A stretch of 64,000 nt of DNA from Nitrospirota bacterium (GCA_963710375.1 CAVPZX010000008.1:32001-96000); one strand, 5' to 3'. Shown: positions 17,858-29,372, counted from the first letter of the stretch. Translations and numbers: made by a program. The notes: generated by a model from the sequence alone, not told the origin.

Positions 17858-20269
17858 CTAATTCACCCTGACATGGCCTTTCCAAAAGCTCGTAAGCACG
17901 CGGGTTATCAGCCCGACCGGAACCTGCCTGCGGGGAATGTTCAACGCCTTGATCGCACCGTCGGCAAATTTTTGGAGGGACCATTCCGATATGATGTCGA
18001 GAGACTTTTCTCCCATCTTCCGTCGCGCTTCCTCCCCGGTTTCCGACAAACGCAGCATGATATCCGAAAGGGCGGCAGCATCTCCGGGGTCAAAGGTCCA
18101 GCCGTTTACTCCCTCTTTCACCAGGCTCATCGACGAGCCGCATCCGCGGCTTACCACAACAGGCAGCCCCGATGCCATGCCTTCATTCACCACCAATCCC
18201 CAGGGGTCCGACAGGCTGGGGACGATCAACGCCTCAGCAAGACCATAGTAGGCACAGAGTCCATCCCCGGTCTGAGAACCGGCAAAAAGCACTCCTTCCC
18301 TACCAGAATCCTCCTGTCTGATCCTTCCACGATAGGGGCCGTCGCCCACGAGTACCAGACCCCATGGAGTTACGGCAGTTTGAGAGCGATAGCTACGGTA
18401 CGCTTCCAACAACGTATCTATCCCTTTTCTAGCGAGGAATCTGCCCACAAAAAGAAAATATGATGCCGGCAAATGCAACGAGTTACGTATTTCCTCGGCT
18501 CTGCCCCTCGCTCTCCCGGCCCTCTGGCGGTAGTAATCGTTGTCTACCACATCCACGCCATAGACTACTCTCTCATCTGGGAAGCCCAGTGCCCCGTAAT
18601 AGTTATGGTGAGATACAGCCGGAATGAATACCCCTTCTATGTTTTTATGTATCTCCCTTTTCATTCTCTTTGTCGTAACGCTTCTCCTGTCAGTACGTTC
18701 CCAGGCGTCGTCCATCATAATCACCCTCTTACGGTATTTCGTCCTGTACGCTATCGCGGCCATGCCTTCCGGGAACGGTGTGGCAGGACAAAACACAATA
18801 TCGGGGTTGAATTCTTCCAGGGTCCTGAAGACCTCTGCATGTATCTGCCGGGCGCTCTGGTCATGATACGAAGAGTTCCGGAAGCAGCAGACCCAGTCAA
18901 ATCCTTCATAACCTGCCTTGTCATCCGAGACAATATCATAGGCCACATCATGAGATGCCACTTCTATGGCAGTCAGCCGGCAGCCTTTCTCCTCCAGCCG
19001 CTTTTTCAGGCAGGACAACCGCGCCTTGTGATATGGAAGAAAACGCTGCCATATAACGGCAACATGTCTTGTCACGGGAACGTTGCCGCCGGCGACGCGT
19101 CCCGAACCCAATACCGCAACTCTCTTTTGCGGCGCGCTCAGTGCGGCCTCAATACCGTCGCAGAAACGATCCGACATCTTCTCAAGAGAATAGAGTCGAG
19201 CGCTTTCACGGCAATTATCGCTCATCCTGCTTCTTGAAGCCCCGTCCAACATGATACCGGCGACCGTATCGACAAAGCATGATACATCGTCCTTCGTCAT
19301 GATCCCATTACGGCCGTATCGCATATACGCAATTTCGGGAGAATGCAGTTTGCAGTCGGTAGTGATCATGGGTACACCAAGAGCAAAACTGTCGAGTATA
19401 GAAAGTCCCACGAGACCGGGATTCAGCAATACCTTTCCAAGGGCCAGGAAGAGCACCTTTTCACGACCTCGCTTATGACCCACCCACTTGACCCATGGGC
19501 GCTCGCTGGAAAAGCGCACGACCTCTGCTCGCAGAGGGCCGTCCCCGATGATGATCAACTCGAAATCAGGGATCTTCCGCTTCAGAGCGTCAACCGCCTG
19601 AAAAAGAAAGTCCAACCTTTTATCTCTCGAAAAACTTCCTACAAATGCCGCGGTATTCGCACCGCTTATGCGGAGCTCGTTCCGCACCTGTGAGAGTTCT
19701 TCATCAGATATTTCTTTGCGCCATTTCAACAGGTTCGTCGTATCGACTGCGTTATTCAGGCAGGTGATTCTTTCTTCCGGGAACCCGTATGAAACCACCT
19801 TGCGAACTGAAATATCCGTGTAAGCAAACCACCAATCAACCTTTGTCGAGGTATAGGCTTTCAACTTCCTCCCGATGATGTTCTCTTTTATTCTTTGAAA
19901 GTTTGATCCGTGCCCCCAAAAAGCGAGTCTGTCGTGGTATAGTTCCTGGGAAAAGAGGATGTAATAGTTGATAAGAAGAGAGTTTTCCTGTGGCAGGATG
20001 AGCAGGTCCTGGTCCTTTAAAAGTTCTTTGGGCAGGCTCTCCCAGAAGAGCCTTGTGCGACCGACTTTAAGGCACCTGCATGGGACTTCAATACCCCACG
20101 CCAGGAAACCCGTGTCGTTCCTTTCCGCGTCCTCTTTCGTAGGATGGCTGTATACTACCTTCAGTTCAATCCCCTTTTCTGCGAGGCGCTCGCGCATGCC
20201 ATCGAAGAGAGGGACGCGGTACTCGGTCATGCGTCGCTGGATTATGAGGACTTTTTTATTCATATGCAT
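17858..20269 (-). CDS. Tandem two-domain glycosyltransferase family 4 protein
   Basis: Two GT-B modules (GLSILDSFALGVP; PWGLVVNEGMASGLPV). Confidence 0.88.
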   Translation of the reverse strand: MHMNKKVLIIQRRMTEYRVPLFDGMRERLAEKGIELKVVYSHPTKEDAERNDTGFLAWGIEVPCRCLKVGRTRLFWESLPKELLKDQDLLILPQENSLLINYYILFSQELYHDRLAFWGHGSNFQRIKENIIGRKLKAYTSTKVDWWFAYTDISVRKVVSYGFPEERITCLNNAVDTTNLLKWRKEISDEELSQVRNELRISGANTAAFVGSFSRDKRLDFLFQAVDALKRKIPDFELIIIGDGPLRAEVVRFSSERPWVKWVGHKRGREKVLFLALGKVLLNPGLVGLSILDSFALGVPMITTDCKLHSPEIAYMRYGRNGIMTKDDVSCFVDTVAGIMLDGASRSRMSDNCRESARLYSLEKMSDRFCDGIEAALSAPQKRVAVLGSGRVAGGNVPVTRHVAVIWQRFLPYHKARLSCLKKRLEEKGCRLTAIEVASHDVAYDIVSDDKAGYEGFDWVCCFRNSSYHDQSARQIHAEVFRTLEEFNPDIVFCPATPFPEGMAAIAYRTKYRKRVIMMDDAWERTDRRSVTTKRMKREIHKNIEGVFIPAVSHHNYYGALGFPDERVVYGVDVVDNDYYRQRAGRARGRAEEIRNSLHLPASYFLFVGRFLARKGIDTLLEAYRSYRSQTAVTPWGLVLVGDGPYRGRIRQEDSGREGVLFAGSQTGDGLCAYYGLAEALIVPSLSDPWGLVVNEGMASGLPVVVSRGCGSSMSLVKEGVNGWTFDPGDAAALSDIMLRLSETGEEARRKMGEKSLDIISEWSLQKFADGAIKALNIPRRQVPVGLITRVLTSFWKGHVRVN

Positions 20270-21048
20270 TGAGGCTTTTCCAATTCAAGCGCATTTGTCC
20301 TCACAAATAACCAACTGGCGATGCTTTGATATCCATGACACCTGAAACCTCTGCTTTTGAACCACAAAATAACATCAAACGGGTCAAGGCTGTTGCAGGC
20401 ATCACTATCCGAGTGATAATAAACCTCATAATTTGCCCTGAGTTTTTTATAGCGCAGGGGAGCCGGCTTTGAAGATGAGAGAACGTAAAGAATGAGTCCG
20501 ATAAGCCTTCTGAACAACACAATCGGCCATCTCACCAGGATAAAATCTCTAAATGGGATACTAAACTTAATAAATCTGCCTTTGAGGTCCAATTCTGAAT
20601 AACTGCGTACCATATATCCCATGGGAAACCATGTCCTTGTATGCCAGGCAGGAGCAAAAAGGCATGTGCCGCCAGGTTTAAGAATCCTAACGATTTCTTC
20701 CAGTCCCTTTTCAATATCAGGCATATGCTCGTGCGTCGCATAGGTGAATATCACATCGAAGTATTCATCCGGGAAGGGCAATTTAGCGCCGGAAACGGCA
20801 ACATACGGTTTATGATAATAAACTCGAAGACTCTCAGCTATGTCAACACCGGTATAATCGGCAACAATGTCTTGGAAGAGTCCTTTCCCACTTCCTATTT
20901 CCAGACATTTTCTATCTGTGAGATCCCACTTCTTAATAAAAGCTACAAGCGTATCATAAAAAGGATGATTGCAGGTATCATTCTCAGGAGTATAAAGTTG
21001 CGCCCGATCAATGGTCTCGTAAAACTCCCGATTACTCTTGGATCCCAT
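20260..21048 (-). CDS. Class I SAM-dependent methyltransferase
   Basis: LEIGSGKG, LPFPDEYFD, RILKPGG. Confidence 0.9.
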   Translation of the reverse strand: MGSKSNREFYETIDRAQLYTPENDTCNHPFYDTLVAFIKKWDLTDRKCLEIGSGKGLFQDIVADYTGVDIAESLRVYYHKPYVAVSGAKLPFPDEYFDVIFTYATHEHMPDIEKGLEEIVRILKPGGTCLFAPAWHTRTWFPMGYMVRSYSELDLKGRFIKFSIPFRDFILVRWPIVLFRRLIGLILYVLSSSKPAPLRYKKLRANYEVYYHSDSDACNSLDPFDVILWFKSRGFRCHGYQSIASWLFVRTNALELEKPQCI

Positions 21049-22018
21049 AAATATATTTCCTGTAGAGTTTCCTCAGAAAACCATACAAATATTTGTTTCC
21101 GTTGCCCGGGAGATACGCGACAACTGCAAGGGCCATTAATCTCACATTACATCCCGATATCTTTCGTGAAGTATTAAGTTCCAGTCTGGCTTTATTCTTT
21201 TCTCCTGCACGGATAAAAATATTTGCTCTCATTCTATGCCAGAGTCCTCTATAAAGCAAGAAGCTGTCATATTGGTCAGGTTGGATTTCGGTGGTAAGCT
21301 TTTTCAGTCCTATTCCTACAATATCAGGTTGTTGAGGAAGTCTCCCAGGTCGGTCGGAAAGTCTCTCCGGAGCCCAGAAAAATGCCGATGGTTTAGTTGC
21401 GTATGCGATCTTATGTCTCACAGCAAGCCTTGCCCAGGTCAGCAAATCTTCCCCTGCGGTAACTCCCACAGGAAAACCGCCAACTGAGTCTATCGCCCTC
21501 TTCGTTACAGCAACGGCAGAGGACCAGAGCGGAGGATCGGACCGTGCAGCGACTCCAAAGTAATCAGCCAGAATTCCCTCCCTGAAACTTTCCGGCAACC
21601 CTCTTAACACATTGTTTCTATGCGAGCCGTTCTCTCTGCAAAAGAAATACCCTGTGGCAAAAACATCACAGGATAAATATTTTTCTCTTAATCGCAGAAT
21701 GGTTTCAAGAAAATCAGGGGCCCATTCATCATCAGCATCCAGAAAAGCAATGAGGTCAGCCCTTGACTCCTGGGTCCCACGGTTTCGTGCTGCAGAAACA
21801 CCGGCATTCAGCTGATGAAGCAGTATTATTCGTCCATCGTCCAGGCGCTGAACTATTTCAGCCCCCCCGTCAGTAGACCCATCATTGACAACTATCATTT
21901 CCCAGTCGCTCAATGTTTGCGCCTGCGCCGAACGGAGAGCCCTGCCGACCTCTTTCCCCTTATTATAAAGAGGCATGACAACAGATACGACCGGGCTTGT
22001 TATTCGATCTGTTTCCAT
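21032..22018 (-). CDS. Glycosyltransferase family 2
   Basis: VSVVMPLYN, VNDGSTD, AFLDADD. Confidence 0.93.
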   Translation of the reverse strand: METDRITSPVVSVVMPLYNKGKEVGRALRSAQAQTLSDWEMIVVNDGSTDGGAEIVQRLDDGRIILLHQLNAGVSAARNRGTQESRADLIAFLDADDEWAPDFLETILRLREKYLSCDVFATGYFFCRENGSHRNNVLRGLPESFREGILADYFGVAARSDPPLWSSAVAVTKRAIDSVGGFPVGVTAGEDLLTWARLAVRHKIAYATKPSAFFWAPERLSDRPGRLPQQPDIVGIGLKKLTTEIQPDQYDSFLLYRGLWHRMRANIFIRAGEKNKARLELNTSRKISGCNVRLMALAVVAYLPGNGNKYLYGFLRKLYRKYIYGIQE

Positions 22019-22052
22019 TTACTTACAGAGTTTCCACAATGTTATAAAGATA

Positions 22053-23039
22053 TCATGTCCTTGCGTCCAACGCACCGCTAAATAACTTCTGTATCCATTT
22101 AGAAGCATTTGCAAGCGCCACAGCCAATACCAGAACAACAAGCCCAAAAACAATAATGTCAACCGGGAAGAAAAGAGATCGAATTAAGTTATTGGTGTAA
22201 ACCGCGTACTGCAGCAGATATATCTCCAGTGTCACACTTCCGATAAGGGTGATAGCAAAATGAATTGGCTTTGACAGACCTATCCTCTCCATTACAAAAT
22301 GAGAGCGTGAAAGAGCCAGGACTAAAAAAACAATAGGAAAAGTAATGATGTGAATTAATGCCTGAACTTCCCCAAAGCCTGATTTTACGGCCATGATAAT
22401 AAGAAAATAACAAGCCAATAAGAAAATCAGATATGCGAAATGAATAATTTTGCCGGCCTTGATCTCTTTATCCTTACTTGCAAGATACCCTCCAAAAAAC
22501 ATTACCTGCAAATAAAAGATCCACTTGAAATAACCCGGACCTTCTATGGAGTATCTTGAAAAGTCGATAAAAGAAAAATAATAATAAAAATAAGGGACGT
22601 AAAGAAACAAAATCCCCAAAATGTAAAATGCCGGCCGCCCGATTTTCATGATCATAAAAAAAACAAGATAGAAAAGCATAATCGCGGAAACAAACCATGC
22701 CGGCGTTGGCCATATAAAGTTTGATACATAATCAGCTAAAGCCCATTTTTGCCATCCCCTGTCCAGCCACATGTTGTATATCGCAACTGTTATGATAAGG
22801 GACGGATAAATTCTTGCAAAGCGCCTTCTATACCACTCTATAAAAGGACGCTGTTGTCTGGTCTCGCTCTTTACAAGTCCATATCCCGAGATCATGAAAA
22901 AGAGAGAGTTCCCGATAGCCCCTCCAGTCGCAAGCTGTGGAAAAGGATAAAGACCGTGAAGATGTGAGTTAGTGATCAATACAATTGCCAAAAACTTAAT
23001 AAAAGATGTATCGAACCTATCCTGCATTATTACCAACAT
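22053..23039 (-). CDS. Acyltransferase family 3 membrane protein
   Basis: LFFMISGYGL, RRFARIYP, WFVSAI, EIYLLQ. Confidence 0.82.
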   Translation of the reverse strand: MLVIMQDRFDTSFIKFLAIVLITNSHLHGLYPFPQLATGGAIGNSLFFMISGYGLVKSETRQQRPFIEWYRRRFARIYPSLIITVAIYNMWLDRGWQKWALADYVSNFIWPTPAWFVSAIMLFYLVFFMIMKIGRPAFYILGILFLYVPYFYYYFSFIDFSRYSIEGPGYFKWIFYLQVMFFGGYLASKDKEIKAGKIIHFAYLIFLLACYFLIIMAVKSGFGEVQALIHIITFPIVFLVLALSRSHFVMERIGLSKPIHFAITLIGSVTLEIYLLQYAVYTNNLIRSLFFPVDIIVFGLVVLVLAVALANASKWIQKLFSGALDART

Positions 23040-23060
23040 AGCCCTCGGTAATCATATACG

Positions 23061-24284
23061 CTACCATTTGATTTTTATTTTTTTTGTTTTGACAATTGGA
23101 TCAGTACTTAAGGAGGCATACGCAATGCCAAGAAGAGTAAACTGCAGATTTCCATAAAAAGAGGCATATACCATAATGTTATCTGTAAACATTATTAAGG
23201 CAAAAGGTATAAAAGTAGCCGCACCACTTAAGAACAACATGCGGCTTGCTCCCTGTGTTTTTTGCCCTTTAATAAAGGCATGCAGAGCTGCGAATAGTAA
23301 ACTCGCCGCATATATAACCGTTCCGGCTATTCCATAGTCATATAATGTAAGCAACCAGTCGTTGTGCGGATACCCGGAGTCACCCATCGTAATTTGTCTG
23401 ATATAGTCTTCGCCTCCTCCTGTCCCATGGCCAAACCATGGTTTTTCTTTTATCCCATAGTTCATATACTCCCACATATTGTAACGTCCGCTATCGCCAA
23501 AGTCCTCGGTAAAAATATCAGATATATCCCCTTTACCCGAATAAAACATCTTACCCTGCACACGCGGTGTATAAAATATGGCCACTCCCAAAACACAAAT
23601 TAATGCTATCAGAAGAGCTCTTGTCCGCAGTTTCATCGGCGCAAGAGTTGTCGGCAGAGTGAGGCCTGTGACAGCCATTGCAGTTCTTGTAAGGGCGATT
23701 ACCGGCAGTACCGCTATCATACTCCACCATAAAATGTCTTTTTTCTGATTGATTGCGTATCCGGCGGCAAAGATCGTACAAAGGAGTGCTCCTGTCATAA
23801 CTTCAGAAGCTAAACCGGTAGCCAAAGGCAACGTGCCGGTAAATGCAAGGCCGCTTTTTAAAAAGGTGATTATGACCAGTGCAACAGCAAGGTATTTACA
23901 GAGTTGCAGAAACGCCCCGATTTGCCGTTCTCCAAATTCATATGTCGATACAATAATGCCGATTATAATTGGGCAGATAAGCTGCATAGTCCTCTGCAAG
24001 GAAGCATGGTCCGAAAATAACATGTAAATGAGCGCCACTATAACCCATGGCGTCCAAAGAAAGACCGGAAATTTAATTTTATGCATTCTCAACGGGAATA
24101 GCACCAATGAATATACAAGAGGGATAAACCATCCGTAGCCGGACATATTGTACGTCAAAAACTTTTGACCGCCAATACAGGTTATAATTGTGAACACAAA
24201 CACAAGCCAAACAATGAGTGGCAAGCCGGCACTTGCACCATTACCTTCTTTATTCTTTTCTGTGGCAGACGATTCTTTATTCAT
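23061..24284 (-). CDS. O-antigen polymerase/ligase (Wzy_C) family membrane protein
   Basis: Many TM helices; SGR...KPWFGHGTG...PHNDWL. Confidence 0.82.
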   Translation of the reverse strand: MNKESSATEKNKEGNGASAGLPLIVWLVFVFTIITCIGGQKFLTYNMSGYGWFIPLVYSLVLFPLRMHKIKFPVFLWTPWVIVALIYMLFSDHASLQRTMQLICPIIIGIIVSTYEFGERQIGAFLQLCKYLAVALVIITFLKSGLAFTGTLPLATGLASEVMTGALLCTIFAAGYAINQKKDILWWSMIAVLPVIALTRTAMAVTGLTLPTTLAPMKLRTRALLIALICVLGVAIFYTPRVQGKMFYSGKGDISDIFTEDFGDSGRYNMWEYMNYGIKEKPWFGHGTGGGEDYIRQITMGDSGYPHNDWLLTLYDYGIAGTVIYAASLLFAALHAFIKGQKTQGASRMLFLSGAATFIPFALIMFTDNIMVYASFYGNLQFTLLGIAYASLSTDPIVKTKKIKIKW

Positions 24285-24346
24285 GATAAAACCGATATGC
24301 GGCGGTCATGGTATTTTCAATTCCGGGAATATCAGGATCCATACTT

Positions 24347-25171
24347 TTAATCATGTCCTATGTCATTGGCGACAAAGACTGTCGGTCCTATGTATGATTT
24401 ATCTGTGATAACTTTATGCTCCTGAAAATACATATCAAAACACCGGTAATTATGTTCAGCTAAAAATCTCTCAAAATCCTCATTGCCGTGGTAGATATCA
24501 TTCCAGGCGTACGGATGAAATTCACAAAATATTCTGTCAACCTTAGCTATCTCCCAGGGGAACCCGCGAAGCACCTGCAGCTCAACTCCCTCTGCATCAA
24601 TCATTAGCAGATCAACATGCGAGATCTCGTTTTTTTCAAAAATATCTTTAAGAGTCATTACTTTCACCTTGCAGCCGGATTCTTGATTATTTGATATATG
24701 GCTCTCACTACCCTGTAAAAGAAGGACGCAAGTTCCAGCCTTGTCAGATACTGCCGTATGCTCGCATATTACCGTGTCTTGAAGCTCATTTAAACGGATA
24801 TTTTTCTCTAGTATCATGAATGAATGAGGATTCGGTTCTACTGCAATGACCTTTCCTCCCATCTTTTGAGCTATCTTTCCGAGCACGCATGCATATGCTC
24901 CATGATAGGCGCCTACATCAACGATAAGAGGTTGTTTATTTATTGTTTGCATGAAATTAATAATTGCATGAAATTGAACAAAATCTCCATATCGAACAAT
25001 CTCTGAATTCCATTTCCCCCGGGGGAGCCTTAGCCTGCGATAGCTGGGGAAAGCAGTCTCGGCTGAAAAGAATAAAGTTTCTCCAAAAGCAGTAATTTTT
25101 CTTTTCCCCTGAGCGCGCCATAAGAGTTTTATAAGGTTGATACCTATCCGATAAATAAATTTTTTCAACAT
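24347..25171 (-). CDS. FkbM family methyltransferase
   Basis: VDVGAYHG, AVEPNP, LLMIDAEGVE; start moved to MLKKFIY. Confidence 0.88.
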   Translation of the reverse strand: MLKKFIYRIGINLIKLLWRAQGKRKITAFGETLFFSAETAFPSYRRLRLPRGKWNSEIVRYGDFVQFHAIINFMQTINKQPLIVDVGAYHGAYACVLGKIAQKMGGKVIAVEPNPHSFMILEKNIRLNELQDTVICEHTAVSDKAGTCVLLLQGSESHISNNQESGCKVKVMTLKDIFEKNEISHVDLLMIDAEGVELQVLRGFPWEIAKVDRIFCEFHPYAWNDIYHGNEDFERFLAEHNYRCFDMYFQEHKVITDKSYIGPTVFVANDIGHD

Positions 25172-25181
25172 TGATGTTTGT

Positions 25182-26352
25182 TTACAGTACCTTTCCTTGC
25201 AAGCTTTTGTAGGATGACACGGTATTCTCAAAAAAAATCTGAAATGAAAATAATTCTTTTGTGCGCCGGCGTCCTTCCTGTCCCATCTTGACTGAATATG
25301 CCGTGTCAGATAAAATGTCGATGATCGAAGAAGCCATTGCATTGTGATCATTGGCCGGGAAGAGGCATCCTGTATTGCCCTCTTCAATTATTTCCGGTAA
25401 TCCGTTCAACTCTTGCCGCCGCAACCGGCACACCTGCAGCCATTGCCTCAATAGCAACAAGTCCGAATCCCTCTAACAGCGACGGCACAGCTACCACATC
25501 CATAATACTGTAAAGCTTATATACTTCATCAGGGCTTTTTGCACCTAACCATATGATATGTTCGTCAAGCCCGGACCTTCTTGAGAGATTTAATAATTTC
25601 TCACGGTCAGGACCATCGCCGACAATAACAAGCATTGTCCCTGGTATTTTTTCTATGATAGCAGGCATAGCCCTTAATAAGAGTTCCTGCCCCTTTTCGT
25701 GTCGCAGCCTCCCCACGACCCCTATAACCTTTTTGTCTGCCAGCCCAAAAGAACTCCTCAGCTTTTCCTTATAACCACCCTCAACCTGTTGTCTGACTTT
25801 ATCCACATCTATAGCATTGTAAATTGTAAAATGCGTTCGGCACTTATTAAAATTTAATGGGTCAAGTAATTCGCTGTTGCCGAACCATGATTCTTCTACA
25901 GACCTGGAAACACAAAAAAAGGCTGTGCAGAGTTGCGCGGCCGTACGTAACAGTAACTTCTCTTTCCATCCATAGATACGCCCGGACTGATGCACAGTGG
26001 CAAAGATGGTTTTAATACCTGACAGTTTTGCAGCAATGATAGGAATGAGGCCCGGGGCTATATACTGCACATGAACAATGTCCGTGTCAAGCTCTCTAAA
26101 AACCCGGTTTAACTCTTTCGCCAAATGCCACATGCCTTCAGACCGTTCATGCTTCAGCAATATAACTTCTGCTCCGGTCTTCTCCATTTCGGAAACCATT
26201 GTCCGATCATATTCATAGTAGCAGCAGACTGTCACTCTATAACCTTCCAAAACCAGAACATTAGCAAGAGTCAATGTCTGCATTTCGGTTCCGCCGATCA
26301 AAAGGACCGGTATACATATGACCACTTGCTGCCGACAGGTTTTCATGTTCAC
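25182..26352 (-). CDS. Glycosyltransferase family 4, +1 frameshift near 25405
   Basis: GRLRHEKG, EGFGLVAIEAMAAG; shifted frame continues GLPEIIEEGNTG. Confidence 0.88.
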
Positions 26353-27401
26353 ATGCGCTTCAGCCGGAACAAGCCAAAATCACGTATTTGAATTATCCCG
26401 TGAAGAACTTTGACATATAGCGTAGCAGCCGGACGGCTGCGGCCCTGACCTGTCATCAAGTGCCACAGTAGTCTTGACCACTTGGGAGTGGACCGCTCCA
26501 AAAACCCTGGTTCCATGCTTTCAAATTCGTCCCTCAGTTCAAGTGCCCGCCCTGCCCAGTCATTACGCTCGTGCAGAACACCTTGAAAAAGGAGCAGGTT
26601 TATAAACCTGACAGCCTGCCTGTTTATTTTAATCGTGTCCTCAGGCCCAAGAATGGTGCCTCCATCATTGTAATACCGCACCTGAAAAAGATACGCCTCA
26701 GCCAGTTTAAGAGACAGCAGGTCGAGTCTTCCAGTCACTGAACCCTTGTGCTGCCTGAAGCTTGCTAAAGGTTGCGAAATCCCGACAACATCAGTAAAAG
26801 CACCGACCCTGAGAAAAAAATCATCATCAGCGATATGACCCGCTTCTTTCCTGTATGTGCATTCTTCAAGCAGGAGTTTTCTCGATGTCAATACCCCCGG
26901 ACACCTGTGAATATGCCGGTTGGAGATTACACCGCTCAGATAATTGTGCGCATATTGTTTCCCAGAATAAAGCACGGGATCGGGAGAATGAGGTTCAGGA
27001 GGCATTCCCGTAATGCTGTCGTTTTCATCTATGTAGACGCAGGCGGCATAGAGATGCCTTGCCTCAGGATATCGTCTGACCGCATTTTCCATATGCTCCA
27101 GATATTCCGGATGCAGAACGTCGTCCTGATGAAGTATCGAAACAAAATCACCCGTAGCTTTTAAGACAGCCCTGTTCCATGCGTTAACAAACCCGGAGGC
27201 CTCTTCATTGAAATAATATTTGACTCTGCCGCCAAACTCTGCGGACTTCGCGATTTCAGCAGTCCTGTCCTTTGATGCGTCATCGACCACTATTATTTCA
27301 TCCGCTTGCCGGCTTTGCCGCACGGCGGAAGAAATGGCGGCATGGAGGAAACGCTCTCCGTTGTGAGCAGGTATTACAACTGATAAAGTCGCGTCATTCA
27401 T
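26349..27401 (-). CDS. Glycosyltransferase family 2
   Basis: LSVVIPAHN, VVDDASKD, LHQDD. Confidence 0.9.
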   Translation of the reverse strand: MNDATLSVVIPAHNGERFLHAAISSAVRQSRQADEIIVVDDASKDRTAEIAKSAEFGGRVKYYFNEEASGFVNAWNRAVLKATGDFVSILHQDDVLHPEYLEHMENAVRRYPEARHLYAACVYIDENDSITGMPPEPHSPDPVLYSGKQYAHNYLSGVISNRHIHRCPGVLTSRKLLLEECTYRKEAGHIADDDFFLRVGAFTDVVGISQPLASFRQHKGSVTGRLDLLSLKLAEAYLFQVRYYNDGGTILGPEDTIKINRQAVRFINLLLFQGVLHERNDWAGRALELRDEFESMEPGFLERSTPKWSRLLWHLMTGQGRSRPAATLYVKVLHGIIQIRDFGLFRLKRM

Positions 27402-28440
27402 AATGAGAAATCCTAACGCTCGCGTTATTCAACATTTTCTCTACAGCTGCAAGAACTCTCTCAACTGTAATTTCGGCAGCAGATCCGTCTGAATAAACGA
27501 TCTCTGCATGTTCGCCGTACCTGTAAGAACCGCTGAAGGGCAGATATCGTTTAAAACCTAGGTAGCTTCCCATCAAAACAATGCCGTGCGTGTTGACCGC
27601 ATTTGCCAGATGGGCAGGACCGCTGTCAATGCCTATAAAAAGCCGCGCCCTGCGAATTAGCTCGGCACTTTCCAGGATCGACAGCTTACCGCAGAGGCTG
27701 GAGTAAATACCGGAAGAGCTATCAATAAGCGGATTCAGACCTACCTCAATGACTGGCAAAGCGCATCTCTTCTTAATCTCTCCAAGCAAGTATTCCCATT
27801 TCTCTTTCGGCCAGCCCTTTTCGTCAGAATTGGAAGTGCAGTTAATTACAATGAACTCACCGGGAAGTCCGAGTGTATCAACTGCTGCCAATGCATGCTG
27901 AGGAATATATACCCTCGGCCCCTCCTCAAGTGCCGGCAGTCCGGCGCTTTGAGCCATGGCAGATAGAAGACTTCCATAGTGGAAATAATTTCCGAGGTTT
28001 ATCCCCGAAGTGCCCTGGTCTTTTTTTAGCGGTCTGCGGCACAACGAGCAGTACCTATCGACGAAATGAAGATCGACTACCTCATCAAAAAGCCCGCTGT
28101 TCATCAAAAGCAGACGTTCGGAAAGACAATGCACAGGGACGGTCAAATCTATAAGAGGATTGCTGTCGATCAACTCTCTGTAGACCTTCTTGACCCCCCA
28201 GACAATAAACGAACCCGGGGATTTCTCCTTCAGATACCTGACAACAGGTTCACATGCCACGATATCGCCCATGTTCTCAAGAAGCATGACAGCTATGATA
28301 CGCCTCTCATGATTCTCTCTTTTTACCCGATTCCGCAGGCGTTTCAGGAGAAAATAGTTACGGATAAAGTTGAGACGTATACGTGCGCCGTGCCTCATAT
28401 GTCTATATATCATGTTAAACACGGAATACAATACACCCAA
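27394..28440 (-). CDS. Glycosyltransferase family 9 (heptosyltransferase-like)
   Basis: MGDIV, KGWP, FIGIDSGPAHLANA. Confidence 0.88.
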   Translation of the reverse strand: MGVLYSVFNMIYRHMRHGARIRLNFIRNYFLLKRLRNRVKRENHERRIIAVMLLENMGDIVACEPVVRYLKEKSPGSFIVWGVKKVYRELIDSNPLIDLTVPVHCLSERLLLMNSGLFDEVVDLHFVDRYCSLCRRPLKKDQGTSGINLGNYFHYGSLLSAMAQSAGLPALEEGPRVYIPQHALAAVDTLGLPGEFIVINCTSNSDEKGWPKEKWEYLLGEIKKRCALPVIEVGLNPLIDSSSGIYSSLCGKLSILESAELIRRARLFIGIDSGPAHLANAVNTHGIVLMGSYLGFKRYLPFSGSYRYGEHAEIVYSDGSAAEITVERVLAAVEKMLNNASVRISHYE

Positions 28441-28450
28441 TGTTAATCGG

Positions 28451-29353
28451 TCAGGGCTTTCTCACAAAATACATGTAGCTAAGATAGCGATTCGAAAGAC
28501 CGCTGTCAACGAGTCTCTTTCTGCGCCCGGCAGGCTCATAAAACTCGACCTTTCCATTATGATCCCGTTCACAGGAATTTGTGGCTGGCACAGCCTCAAT
28601 AATACATTTCCTTTCCTCGCATATCTTCTGTATATCTTCATGGTGGAGAATATGCATTTCATACCTGAATTCATGATGAAACGATTCCGGCGGGATCAGC
28701 TTTCGCTTTATAGTAACCAAGAAAGGCAGCATTCGCTTCACGCGCTGTTTGATCCTGTGAAAAAAAGGAGGCGTGATAACCCTCTCATTAATGATATCTA
28801 CAGGGACTTGAAATACCGCGAGTCCGCCCGGTCTCAGGATGCGGAGGAATTCATCCATGTAGCGCTTCTGAAAGCTGTTGGGTATGTGTTGGAGCACAAT
28901 ATGGGAATATATAAAATCTATGGAGTCATCCGCGAATTGACTTAGCGAGTCGGCTTGGTTAACGACGAACTTCACATCCTTAACATATGCTTGCGCCAGT
29001 TCTATCATTTTTGGTGAGATATCGACGCCGAATCCGGATTCAAACCGCTTTCTTAAAGCCTTGCTGATGCGGCCGACCCCGCAGCCGAAGTCAAGGAACG
29101 AACCGGACGGCGCAATGATTGATTCCCGATCCATGAATCTGAAGACTCTCCCTACCTCATCTTCCCCTGTTACAAAAAACTCATCGACATTCCATTTTCT
29201 GCCGTAATATTGCGAATCCGTCAAAATCACCCAGAGCGGATCACCCTCTGCATTGCTTTGCCATTCTTTTGCATACTCACCCAATGTTTTGTTCATATCC
29301 CTTTGGTTCATAGTTTTTCCCTCAACTGAGCGCCAATCACCAGTCGTAAACAT
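28451..29353 (-). CDS. Class I SAM-dependent methyltransferase
   Basis: LDFGCGVGRI, VLQHIP, RILRPGG; true start may be the later Met (MNQRD). Confidence 0.9.
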   Translation of the reverse strand: MFTTGDWRSVEGKTMNQRDMNKTLGEYAKEWQSNAEGDPLWVILTDSQYYGRKWNVDEFFVTGEDEVGRVFRFMDRESIIAPSGSFLDFGCGVGRISKALRKRFESGFGVDISPKMIELAQAYVKDVKFVVNQADSLSQFADDSIDFIYSHIVLQHIPNSFQKRYMDEFLRILRPGGLAVFQVPVDIINERVITPPFFHRIKQRVKRMLPFLVTIKRKLIPPESFHHEFRYEMHILHHEDIQKICEERKCIIEAVPATNSCERDHNGKVEFYEPAGRRKRLVDSGLSNRYLSYMYFVRKP

Positions 29354-29372
29354 GTATACCTGGAAAAAGTCT

